Below, piece after piece: positions 12,937 to 24,655 of a stretch of DNA of 57,225 nt; position 1 is the first letter of the stretch, and every line of letters starts with the position of its first letter. The stretch covers positions 1-57,225 of the forward strand of contig NW_003314466.1 of assembly GCF_000143415.4 (NCBI RefSeq), written 5' to 3'. The notes beneath the pieces are model-generated. The model had not been told where the DNA came from and did no database searches. It worked only from the letters and a program-made list of their open reading frames with translations. The translations under genes were made by a program, and so were the position numbers. The DNA comes from Selaginella moellendorffii. Taxonomy: Eukaryota; Plantae; Lycopodiophyta.

Positions 12937-14869
12937 ATGTACAAACACAAACCAGACCCAATCAAGATCCGGGAAAGAGATCTTCGACAAAAGAATCGAG
13001 AAGTGAAAAAGGAAGGGATAGAAAAAGAGAAATTAGAACAACAACAGCAACAAATTTTAGAAACGATATTAGAGAAGTACAACAAGGAGGATAAAGAGAT
13101 TCAAGTTGCTAAGTCGAGCAACCCAGTTAAAGATAACAAAGAACTAAATATCGAAGACGCCCCAGAGTTTGAGGCATTTGAAGAAGCAGAATACATAGCA
13201 CCAAAGTTTTACTTAAATCCAGACTCACCAGAACAACAATTTCACCAACAAAGTCTACAACTTCAAATGGCAATCATCAACCCAGCGACAGCCATAGGGA
13301 ACATGATTTCTTATCCCATTTTTACTGGTGGAAAAACCGAAGATGCAAACCAGCATCTTAAACAATTTGATCAAATTGTAAAGATGAACAAACAGGAAAT
13401 GCATCGGGAAATACTTTTCCCATACACACTTAAGGGAAAAGCACTCGATTGGCATAATACACTCGATGATGCTTTGACCCATGATGAAAAGGTCACACAA
13501 TTCAAGGAGCAATTCCAGACCGGTGGAACTCCAGAAGAACACTATGAGATCATCAAAAATTTTAAGCAAAAATCACGTGAAGGAATTCAAGATTACACTC
13601 GAAGATTTAAGTTTCATGCAAAGCGCTGCAAGGATTTGATAACAGATAAAGGAAAGAGCTTATCCTATATCCAAGGACTAAAAGAAATCTATAGAAACAT
13701 GGTAGCAATTGCTGCTGCAACAAAGAATCCAGATGATGAAAGTGTTAATACACTCTCCAAAGAAATCCTCACATTGGAAAAGAGATTCAAGCAATTCACA
13801 AAAGCTATACCTTCACAAACCGATGATAGTTCAGATGATGAAGAAGAGGAAGAAATCCGCATCAAGACAAAGAAGAAACCATCAAAAAAAAAAACAAGAC
13901 TTGAAGGAAATAATCAGGAAAATCTCACAAACCGAACTCAAGGAAGGAGTGTGGTGTACAAAGTGTAAAAATAAAGGACATACATATTTGGAATGCAAAT
14001 TTCAGCTTCCAAAATGTCAAATTTGCGATAGAGAAGGCCATATAGCCAAGAATTGCCGATTTAGGAATACAATGGAAGTTTCAAGAATCGAGAATACTTC
14101 TCGTCGAGAGCCCAATCTTCGATATCAAGGCAATTGGAATCAAAATGCGCGACCACCACGAAATCAACCTCCAAGATATAACAATTATTATCAACGTGAT
14201 GATAATTTGTATAATCAAAGACAAAACTATTACCAGCGAGACAATAGCAACTACAATAGAATACCCCCTCAAGATCAAAGACCAAACAACTATACTGGAA
14301 ATTATGGAAGAAACTACAATACATATCAGCAACGTGATGGACCTCAGGACAATTATCAACGTCCTCCCCCACGGAATTACAATTATGATCAAGAACCATA
14401 TCGGAATTATAATCAAAGACCACCCCAGGCTCAAGGTTACAATTACAACCAGCAACCTGCACCACAGCAAGATAATCGTCCTCGGCAACCTTACCAAAAT
14501 GCAAATCGTGAAAATAACCAAGTCGTAAACAATCAAGCTCCAAGAGCAAGACCACCTGCAGCACGGAATGTTGAGGTCGAAGTCGAAGACTCACAAACTT
14601 ATGAAGAACCAGCAATACGAGCAATCACGAGACAACAATACAAGTATCAACAACCAGATAATTTGGAAGAACAAGATCACGATGATGAACTGGAAATTAT
14701 CCCAGAAACCGAATGGAAGAAAAGCAAGAAAATACTTAAAGCAATTCAAGCTGAATTGCAAGCACAAGATCCAGAAACAATCAAAGAACACGACAAACAA
14801 TCAAACAATCAAGAAACGGAGAAGCCACATGAGGGAGCAGCTACCCACGATGCAGCGATGGAGCAGTGA
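12937..14869 (+). CDS. gag: Gag with two CCHC zinc knuckles and N/Q/Y-rich tail; frameshift in an A11 run
   Basis: Retrotrans_gag-like core (FPYTLKGKALDW, FKQKSREGIQDYTRRF), knuckles CTKCKNKGHTYLEC and CQICDREGHIAKNC. Removing one A at 13884-13894 joins the two ORFs. Confidence 0.88.
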
Positions 14870-14903
14870 CTGCGGGACGCAGCACAAGGCAATTGTGGGA
14901 GAG

Positions 14904-15322
14904 TGGAGAAGGGAGAAAAAGACAAGCTCGAGGATTCAAGCTTAGGAAAGTAAACTTGAGAGGTTCAAGGTTAGGACTGTATTCCTAACCTTGACGTGAG
15001 CAGTAGCGACTATAAAAGTAGGACTTAGAATGTTTTTAGACTTATCCCTAATACAAAATACATTGCAATACATTGTCTTTCTGCCTATCTCTTCGGCTCT
15101 TCACAACAATGTCTTACTTACCCACCGCCTTCAAGGGATCAAAGGCGTGGGACTAGCACTTTCAAGCACTTGTTCACAGTCTCAACTTGGCTTGGCACAA
15201 GCAGGTAAGTGCATTCTTCTTGTAGTGTAGTTTTAGTTTTAGGGACTAGATTAGATTTGAAACTCCTAGGAAAATCTCGTGTGGATGTTTTCCTCCCAGA
15301 TTAGAGATTCCAGGAGTTTTCA
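14904..15322 (+). repeat. 3' LTR
   Basis: Direct repeat of 10498-10916. Confidence 0.95.
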
Positions 15323-15424
15323 ATATGGTAAGCTATCATCTAGCAATATTAAGGGACTAGTCTCAATATGTGAGGGTTCTTGTCAAGCCAGTGCAAGACA
15401 GAGCAAAAGAGAACTGATAAACTA

Positions 15425-15720
15425 GACTAAATATGCTTGGCTAAATAAACACTTAGGAATTCCTTCCCTATGCTCGTTTAGCTAAGTATAGATGCAAAGT
15501 CCAATTACTAAATAGAACTAATAAGCCAGACTAAATATGTTTGGCTAAATAGACACTTAGAAATTCCTTCCTTATGCTCGTTTAGCCAAGTATAGATGCA
15601 AAGTCTAATTACTAAAGAGAACTAATAAGCTAAACTAAATATGCTTGGCTAAATAGACACTTAGGAATTCCTTCCTTATGCTCGTTTAGCCAAGTGTAGA
15701 TGCAAAGTCCAATTACTAAC
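15425..15720. repeat. Tandem repeat, ~104-bp unit x ~3, inside LTR
   Basis: CTAAATATG.TTGGCTAAATA...TATGCTCGTTTAG...GATGCAAAGTC recurs at ~15428, ~15531 and ~15636. Confidence 0.85.
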
Positions 15721-15765
15721 ACTTAAACAAGAGGGACTAATATAAGCTCTAGCAATACCAACCTT

Positions 15766-16291
15766 TGTAAGCTCCTGAATTTGGACTTCCCGGGAGGTCA
15801 CCCAGCCCAGTACTATTCAAACCCAAGAATGCTTAACCCCAAATATCCCAAGACCCTTAACCGATTGGAAAAGAGGGGGTGCACTCTTATTTATGGGCCC
15901 TTTCCCTTTATATTTGAACCCCATAGATCGTCTCTCAAGTTGTTCCCTTTGGTTGTTTACAATCCACCACGCTTCCCTGCAAGTTCACGCCCTCGTGAAT
16001 GAAAGCTGAGGGCCGTAGCTTTCCCGAGAGCCCCGCTCTCTTGACACCCTACCCCTTAGATCAACAGGGTCGGACCCGAGACCTCTCTGATACCAACTGT
16101 AAGCTCCTGAATTTGGACTTCCCGGGAAGTCACTCAACCCAATACTATTCAAACCCAAGGACACTTAACCCCAAATATCTCAAAACCCTTAACCGATTGG
16201 AAAATGGGTTGCACTCTTATTCAAGGGCCCTTTCCCTCCATATTTGAACCCTATGGATCGTCTCTCAAGTTGTTCCCTTTGGTTGCTTACA
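15766..16291 (-). mobile_element. Cassandra TRIM, complete
   Basis: LTRs 15766-15961 and 16098-16291, TSD ACCTT, Met PBS (TGGTATCAGAG on the - strand). The LTR carries the 5S rRNA box-C-like segment TAGTACTGGGCTGGGTGACCTCCCGGGAAGTCC (15783-15815, -). Confidence 0.92.
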
Positions 16292-19203
16292 ACCTTTTGC
16301 CGTCGTGGCAGTAAGGAAAGAATATCTGAAAGCTCTAGCTAATAGATAACTTTTGATACCTAAAGTCACATTTACAACATTCTTTCCCCCTTAAGGAAGA
16401 TTGATGTCCTCGTCGATGCATACTCCAGTCTAGACCATTGCTAAGGAAACAACTCTAATAAAAGTTCATAGTGATCATACTATGTTCAAAATGCACCAAC
16501 TTAAATGAGTTAGAGAGACATAAAGAGAAAAGCTAGAGGCCCCAACCTCATGAGCAAAGAAACCAGGTTTAGATAGACTACTATAAATAGGTAGTTAGAG
16601 TTGTTTACATGGTCACACCCTTTTAACGAAATAAGGAACATTGACAGAAAAGCGGGTGATGTGACCAGTTAACAATAGTTACCCCATGACTAAATATTTC
16701 ATTATGCACACAAAATGCTGAAGACAATCTGTTTATACTGGCCCAAACTCAAAGATTAATAGATGGATAATATCAAAGTTAGAGACAATAATATCTTAGA
16801 GACTTAATTATCAGTGAATAAATATTAGATTAGAACACAAAAGTATTCCAAATAAGGTATCATCTGATAAACCAGAATTAGAGTACATGAACCACCAGGA
16901 TCACTATAGTTGGAAAACATAGGATTCACCATCTAACAAAATTCAATAGCTAGTGTATCATTAAGGACACTCAATGACAAAACTTAACTATCAAACACAC
17001 TAAACAACTTATAAAAGATAAGTATAAGAACACAAAGTATCATTGACAGATAAGTAAAATGCTCACGAATGTATAACCCAAAGAAAATAACATTTAACTT
17101 ATCAAAACCAACTGTAACAATAATTAATAGAATAAAATGAATGTTACAAGACCAACAAACACTTATTCATGCTAATTATCACACTAGCCAATCTGAATAA
17201 ATTTTAGTTAATAAGTTGTTTAAACAAGTGTTAGCAACATCCTATTGATGTCTCAAACCCAAAAGACCAATCCAAAGAAAACCACAAAGAACATATGGTA
17301 ATGTGAAAAACCATAAGTCATCAAAGAGAATAACTAACCATCATGAAAAAACATTAATCATCTCATCAATGAAAAGATGTATAATCATTGTCAAAGATAG
17401 AATCCATCATCCCAAAGAACAGCAAATCATTCTAAATCAACAATAATTAAGCAAAACTTTTGACAAGGACAATAATTCAAGATGATAGTTATTCATTATC
17501 AATGATTGCTATATGTAAATACAAATTTCAACTTCAAAGCATTATGAGCTAAAATGCTTTCCTTAACAATTCCTAATAAATAAAACAATGAGCATAAAAG
17601 TCAAAAAACCAAAAACTTGAAAAAGCTTATAACCAAGTCTTTCATAACAATGATCATAAGTTTTGTATGAACTAACTTCAATACTAAAGAAAAAATTATG
17701 GTACAACCCACAATATCTTCTTTAACATATCCATAAGCTAAACTTCATAATGCAAAAGTTAATGAAGAATATATTTGCATCAATTTAAAAGCCAAGCAAA
17801 AACAAATTATGTTTAACAAGTGATCATCAAATCAATCCTTCATGAATCCATCTTCTATAACAAGACATAACTCATTTCATAATAAGCACAAGAAGAATCA
17901 TTAATGATCAGTATATTCCAACTTAAATCCAATAAGGATTCAAACATTCAAATATTGTTCACTAATTCTTCCTCTCATAGAGTTAGCATTGTCCACGACT
18001 AAATCACTTTTCAAGGAAAAGCGTAAAGCTCAACCCCTACTAAACAATCTCATCTAAAACACAAATAACTCAAACTTTCTACTCAATTCGTTTGAACGTC
18101 AATACAATTGCTAACTAGCAATTATACAAATGCCAATAACATAAAGCTATAACCAAACCACCAACACTATTTTCATTGAGACTAATGAAACTCAATATTA
18201 ATCCTACGGAGAGATATCTCATTTCACTCGAATCTCAACATTAATAATGTCAATAACAAGGCATCACTTCAATACCATCAACACCATAACAAAGTTAATA
18301 GAAAGCAAGAGTGAATTAGCACCCAAACTCTTTAACAACCAAATTAACCAAAGTTGAAGATACTTTACTTAGTATCTAAGACCAATCATCCAACAATACT
18401 CAGTTATAAATAACACCTTATCAAGGAGTGATTCACCACATCCAAGACTCCATAAAATTTAACACTACTGACTAAACACAACTAAATGATATTGATAGAG
18501 GTAGAGTCAACATGCTAACATGGAAAAACAATGTAAGTTTAATGACACAATTTTTCACAACACCATTTAGTAAAACAAGCTTATCATTGATAAATCTTCA
18601 TCAAGTGAAGCAAGTGTTAAAAGTCATTAACAAAGTCTATAAGCAACCACTAGTTATAAAGTAACTAACAATCACTCTTCAACTTGCCTTCACAAAACTT
18701 AAACACTAAACTCATATTATCGAGTTATATACTTGTTCAACATAAACGTAATACCCCAAGTATAAGATAAAGGTTCATGGACAAACACAAACTAAATGAC
18801 CACTCAAATCTAACTCAACCGCAATAAACTCACTAATGCATTTAACCAACATTTCTGAGCATGCCTTGAAGAGGCTAACTATGTATGATCAATACTTAGT
18901 TGAAACTAAAATGAAGACCATGAGATAGATAACTTCCTCATAGACAAAGCTATAGTATGGGTACTAACATCTTAACCTCAAACAACTAAGTTAGACATTA
19001 TCATACTTAACCAAAGTGCAAGACTACCAAGACTAAGTCAAGATCAATAAAAGTTCACTACTTTTACAGAGTTTAACGAAATGCAAGGTGCAACTTGCCA
19101 CCTAACATAATGCTATAGAAAAATGGCACAAAAGTGACTTTTCTAGAAAAGTGCAATAGCCACAATTCTACACCAACTCCAGACACTATCCAACTTAATT
19201 GTT

Positions 19204-20923
19204 TGTAAGCAACTAAATTTTCCATTCTATTTTAGTCACTTAACCACACCTCTGACGACTTGGAGGAGTCTCACTCATAACCTCTATAAGTCCTATTCCG
19301 GACTTGGGGCTTGCTATCCCCGAGAATGGCATCTATGCCACTCAACCTTTGCACTTGGTCCAAGTGCTCCACGTGTCCAATCCCATGACCAACACCCCAA
19401 GGTACCACCAACCTATCAACCCGTTACGCTAAGGCCATGTCCCTTCACCTTGGTCATACTGATGGTCTAACACCACCTGCATCACAGTCCCGTCTCTCAA
19501 AGACTGGGCCATCCATCCATGAGTGATCATCCCAGATCCACTCCTTAGCATCCTTAGGATGCCTACAGATAGGGGACATAGCCTTCCCCAACATCCTTTT
19601 TCCAGTCCCCTCCAAATCCCTTTCTGTCCATGGCCGTGTTCACCAACACTACCACTGGGTCAAGGCCCACAGGCCTGACCACTAAGTTCCCTAGTCCTCT
19701 AGGACTTCTTCACCACATGACTGTATCCTTGGTCACTACACCAGAAGACTACTCCTTTTCCTTCCCATAGTTTGGACATTTGGGACAACATTTAGGAACA
19801 CTGTGGCCCTATGCGAGCCTTGCAGGTACTCTCCCTGCCTTCTGCCTTTGGGTGTCTAGCCATGGGCTTAGAGTGAGATTCCATTGAGCCATGCTAGGTA
19901 TCCAAGTAGGTAGTGCCACCCATACTTTGACTGGGAGCATTAACCATTCAATCTCCCAGGGGAACTAGAGCCTGCTCTTGAACACTTCACCAAGCTACCC
20001 TATTTGTCGGTCTGTATTCACTTTAGTCTTGGACTTCCCAGTGGTCAACTCATCACCCAACACCTGGGTATACCCTTCCTGGGCCAAACTGGCCTTTCTT
20101 GGCCAAATTGGCTCCACTAGGCTCCAACCCTGATACTTTCCCTACTATACTTTTGGAACCCCCGGCAGAACCCCCCCTGGGGGGACGATTGCTTTGGGCT
20201 TTCACCCAACAGCCTGTATTAGTATTCGAACTCGGACTCAGACTCAAACTCGGACTTGGACTCAGTCTCGGTCCCAGTTTCAGACTCGGACTCGATTTTG
20301 GTTTCGGTCTTGGTCTTGGTCTCGGTCTCAGTTCCATCTTGGACTCCATCTCGGACTCCATCTCGGACTCCATCTCGGGTCCATTTCAAACTCCATCTCG
20401 GACTCCATCTCGGGTCCATCTCAGACTCCATCTCGGGTCCATCTCAGACTCCATCTCGGGTCCATCTCAGACTCCATCTCGGGTCCATCTCGAACTCCAT
20501 CTCGGGTCCATCTTGGACTCCATCTCGGGTCCATCTCAGACTCCATCTCGGGTCCATCGTGGAATCCATCTCGGACTCCATCTCGGGTCCATCTCGGACT
20601 CCATCTTGGACTCCATCTCAGGTCCATCTCAGACTCCAACTCGGGCTTCATCTTGGGTCCATCGCAGACTCCATCTCGGTCCATCTCGGACTCCTCCACG
20701 TGTCATGTGTTGGTCCTTTTGTGTCTCTTTTCTAGAGACTCACTCATTGCTTGCTTTGTGCTTGTTCTTTGAGCACTTCGTTGGGAGTTCCACTCCCGCT
20801 TTCGACCTTTCAAGTCAGAGCTTTTAGTCCAAACGTGTTATGCTCGTTTGGCTTTTGCTTCGGCCATCACCATATTGCACCCTTTCAGCTCCACTTTGGG
20901 GCCTATGGATTTTGTGTCTCACA
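19204..20923. mobile_element. Solo LTR (~1.7 kb) with internal minisatellite
   Basis: TG...CA ends, near-TSD TTGTT/TTGTC, inverted homologue at 39376-40991. Confidence 0.8.
20228..20695. repeat. 6/12-bp tandem repeat (GACTCCATCTCG / GGTCCATCTCA)
   Basis: Directly visible; explains the overlapping spurious ORFs at 20053-20827. Confidence 0.95.
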
Positions 20924-22709
20924 TTGTCTTAGCCCCAAAAGTTAGCATCCCTTTCGGGTCGCATTATACAAACTACCTACTATAGTTTAAGCTAGTGAAA
21001 GGGTTAGAGTTGACTTCAATTAATTTGTAATAGTTTTCAAAAATGGAATGGTTTTCAAGCAAAAACTTTAATAAATCAGCCATTGGAAAAGCCTAAGAAA
21101 ATTTATGGAAAATTTTCCATCCTAGAAAAAGAATGAATCTTAGTCTAGAAATACAAATTCTCAAGACTCAACCAATTTCCTCTTGCTAACAATTTTATAT
21201 ATGTTCACCTCAACACAAATTCTTATAACCTAACAATATGTCTAAGCATTGAATATCATACCTATATTTCTGACATCTAACACTGACATCTGTAAAATGC
21301 AAAATGAACATCCAAGGCTTAATCACAAAGACCACATCTTTGGATATCCACATTGCACTAACACTTTTCTTCAATCACCTTTAAGATTCAATATAAAGCC
21401 AAAACACTAACAAGAAAAATAACATAGAAATCCAAGATCTAAGGAAAATTCCTCATCACTTAAAATAACAATGTCACTCATTAACACAAGTGCTAGCATT
21501 TTTAATGCCTCAACTACACACCTTTTCCATTTAACAATTTATTTAAAGTGCTAATGGATTAACTAACAAGCTATAGTAAATAAATGCTACAACCCTTTTC
21601 CAATACCTCAATGGGCAAACTCAAGGAACCAAGGAACCAACTTAAGCTTAGCATAATGAATCACTATAAAGAATCTAGTTAAAGTTACTACAATATTACT
21701 ATATGTAAGTTCACTATCAACCACTTTGGGGTTGAACATCGTTTAACCAAACAACTTTGTAAACACATTGCTCACTATCATATAAATATGATATAAAAAT
21801 CATAATGACTTGATCATCAATTAAGTAATACCATGAGCAACACCCATGTCATTACTTCAAAGGTTTATGTGACTATCAAGTGCTAACTCGATTCGATAAA
21901 ATGCAACATAAATGCCACACTCCACCGATAGAGATTTACGATACCCAACACCACTAACTTTTATTCATAACATAGACAAGCTCATACCACTTTCTTTCTG
22001 ACCAAAATCAAAAGTAATCCAACACTAGACTACTTAAGAAGCAATAGCAAGGTTCTTCGGAAAAGAATTAAGCATTGCAACCCAAGCTTTCAATAGTAAG
22101 CTTAGACAAAATGATTTAGTTCTTCATTGCTATCCATCCCATAATTCACCATTTATAAGATCATCATTTCCAAAATGTATCAAGGTAAAGACTCTTGATT
22201 ACATAATATGAACACAAGCAATGAATTAGCACCTCATTGCAAATCATCTCTCCAAGAGAAAATGATTTATGTTTTGATCCCTCATTCTTGATAACTCTCT
22301 TTTCGATCTTATCTTTAACTAAACTTTAAGCTTGCTTTCACACTGCTTTCAGTCCAATCCAAGACAAGTTTATGAGAGAGCATGACAATGACTACTTGAA
22401 CCAATAGACTAATCCCTACAATCTTGATTGATCCACTCATAATCATGCCTAGGAAGGATCCACTAGTGCTGTCTTAAACAGCTACAAACTAGCCTATTTA
22501 CTACTCATAGTAAACCCAATAGAGGTTTACTTTCATCTATGGTACATGAAACAACAACTGGAATCACCGATAAGCTAGCATTAATTCTGCCAACTCAAAG
22601 TGTAACCTTGAGTTACTAATGTGCCTCACTCATGAGCCCAAATGCAAACTCGTGCAAAATGGTATACCTCAAATCCATCTTCCCAACTCAAAGTGTAACC
22701 TTGAGTTGC

Positions 22710-23495
22710 TAATTGCCTAGGGCGAAGTCGTTGGTTCACCAAGCTAGATCTTGCTTTTGAGTATTGGCAAGTACCGATGGCCAAAAATGATATTCTTAAG
22801 ATTGCTTTTCGTACACCATTTGGTTTGTACGAGTTCTTGGTGATGCCGTTTGGTTTGAACAATGCTCCAGAAACTTTCCAACGGATGATGGATGAGGTTC
22901 TTTGTGATATGCCAGAGGTGATTGCTGACTTCATTGATGATGTCTTGATTCACTCAAAGGGGATGTGGGAGGAGCATATTCGTGATGTTTGTAAAGTGTT
23001 GGATCGGCTACGCGACATTGGTTTAAAGCTAAAGCAGTCAAAGTGTGTGTTTGGGTCCAAGGATACAGCTTATCTTGGGTACCGTATTTCTCATGAGGGT
23101 TTGCAAGTTGATCCTGACAAACTTGTGGCTGTTCTAAAGTTCCCTACTCCGAAGTGTGTGAATAATATGCAGTGTTTCTTGGGCAAGGTGCAGTATCTCA
23201 GTTGTTTTGTGGATCATCTTTCTGATCACACTACACCATTGCGAGCATTGCTGAAGTCATCAACATCATCTTTCATCTAATCTCTGGATTGTGAGTGGGC
23301 ATTTGGGGATCTCAAAGAGCTATTGACGACTCCTCTAGTTTTGGCATATCCTAACTACACTCGACCTTTTATTTTGCGCGTGGATGCTTCTGACATTTGT
23401 CTTGGAGGTGTGTTGATGCAAGAGAGCTCGAGTGTGCCTGGTCAACGCCATCCTATTGCGTATATAAGCCATACATTACAACCAGCGGAAATGAA
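22710..23495 (+). mobile_element. Ty3/gypsy RT-RNaseH fragment (host of the DNA-transposon cassette)
   Basis: AFRTPFGLYEFLVMPFGLNNAPETFQR, FIDDVLI, PVLAYP-like LVLAYPNYTRPFILRVDAS. Stops abruptly at ~23495, and pol-like sequence resumes at ~39120. Confidence 0.9.
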
Positions 23496-23770
23496 AAGTG
23501 TAACCTCTTTCTTCTCCTTGTCATCGTCGTCCAATTTCTTTCCATCCTTTTAATATTGGCTCAGTTGCTCTGAGTCTAGGTGGAGCCCAAGTCCCCATTC
23601 AATCTTTACTTTCCCCTTATTAATAAAACAACTTCGTAGACTTCCAATAACATGCTGTAACACTTCTAGTATAATGCAAATCCTCTCAAAGAATTGTCTT
23701 TTAATATTAATACAATGGCATGGAACCCCATGCCATAATAAGTTACATTTTTAAATAAATACATGCCATC

Positions 23771-24655
23771 TCAGACTGTTATTTTTTGCCTCCAACGCCT
23801 ATACAATAATCTTGGAATTTCATCACTCTCCACACTATCAGGATTTAAACCCAATAGTAATGCCATCTCTTCTCTAATACGTCCACGCTCATGTTCAGTG
23901 GTCGAAGAACCCATCCGGTTGAGCAGATTATGGAGATGCGGATAGTGCATGGCTAGACAATATACATGCCATAAATGATGACTGGTGTCTGTCCGATCAA
24001 ATGGCTTCGGATATACTGTTCCATCTGCCATTTGGTTGATTTCTGCAGCCACCTCCTGGACTGGCCGGTTCTCTATCACCATCGCTCCAAGCCGTTTTGC
24101 AAGGTCCCCCAGAACATACGGTTTCTTCTCCCTAGTTTCCATACTGCAAGAGATGGGGTCCACTGCATATGTGTGCGTGTTCGCTGCAGTTTTAATCGGC
24201 GAGTCATCGATGATGAGGATTTCACTTGACCTAGCAGTCCGGTTCATCACTACAGCCTCTGGCTTGATGAAGATGGGCTTGCTACCCCTCACATGGACCA
24301 TAGTCAAGCAATCCTCCTGTGTTAGGAGAAAGTCAAATGGTAATATTACTCGCGTCTGATCATGCATCATCTGTAGCAACGTTAATGCATTGTGGCGCAT
24401 TATGGATGTCCAAACTCCCAATTGCAAATTGAACCCGGCCCTCTGTTTTAAGTGTCGCATGGTCATTATTAGATCCCGCAGTTTCTCCCGTGTGATTAAT
24501 GTGAATCTGTCTCTTTTGACCAACTTGCGACCACAGGCTTTGGAGGGTGCAGTGACATTCGAGGACGAGCCACGCTCATGGGAGAAAAGGACACCGTTCA
24601 GATCAAAAACGATACAGTACCTTCGCCGTGACTCTGAAATGAAATGCGTTAGCAT
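23771..24655 (-). CDS. FCP1/NIF-like HAD-superfamily domain protein (possibly an exon of the upstream gene)
   Basis: 294-aa open frame with HAD motif I variant IVFDLNGVL, motif II GVWTS, motif III FIK and motif IV LIIDDSPIK. Confidence 0.72.
   Translation of the reverse strand: MLTHFISESRRRYCIVFDLNGVLFSHERGSSSNVTAPSKACGRKLVKRDRFTLITREKLRDLIMTMRHLKQRAGFNLQLGVWTSIMRHNALTLLQMMHDQTRVILPFDFLLTQEDCLTMVHVRGSKPIFIKPEAVVMNRTARSSEILIIDDSPIKTAANTHTYAVDPISCSMETREKKPYVLGDLAKRLGAMVIENRPVQEVAAEINQMADGTVYPKPFDRTDTSHHLWHVYCLAMHYPHLHNLLNRMGSSTTEHERGRIREEMALLLGLNPDSVESDEIPRLLYRRWRQKITV

Larger units (their letters stand above)
10498..15322 (+). mobile_element. Intact non-autonomous LTR retrotransposon (gag-only, TR-GAG-like) with extra 5' ORF
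   Basis: 419-bp TG...CA LTRs (10498-10916, 14904-15322) differ by ~6 transitions. TSD ATATG (10493-10497/15323-15327), PBS at 10918, purine tract GGGAGAG before the 3' LTR. No pol. Confidence 0.93.
10065..16379 (-). mobile_element. LTR of the same chromovirus-like family, split by the gag-only element and a Cassandra
   Basis: 10065-10497 plus 15323-16379 align with 51290-52037. It is followed by a PPT complement (TCTTTCCCCC, 16381) and a 3'UTR like that at 45920. The left boundary is uncertain. Confidence 0.65.

Noticed and set aside
14061-14624. Hydrophobic antisense ORFs (env-like?)
   Set aside because: Shadow frames of the low-complexity Gag tail.
15783-15815. 5S rRNA gene
   Set aside because: Only a partial 5S-like segment within Cassandra LTRs.
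20053-20827. Several long overlapping ORFs
   Set aside because: Artefacts of a stop-free 12-bp tandem repeat; the same applies to 39255-40102.
16700-22600. Host genes in AT-rich stretches (also 53700-55900)
   Set aside because: No sustained ORFs or recognisable motifs; 18200-18600 is an inverted relative of 9290-9700, i.e. decayed repeat.
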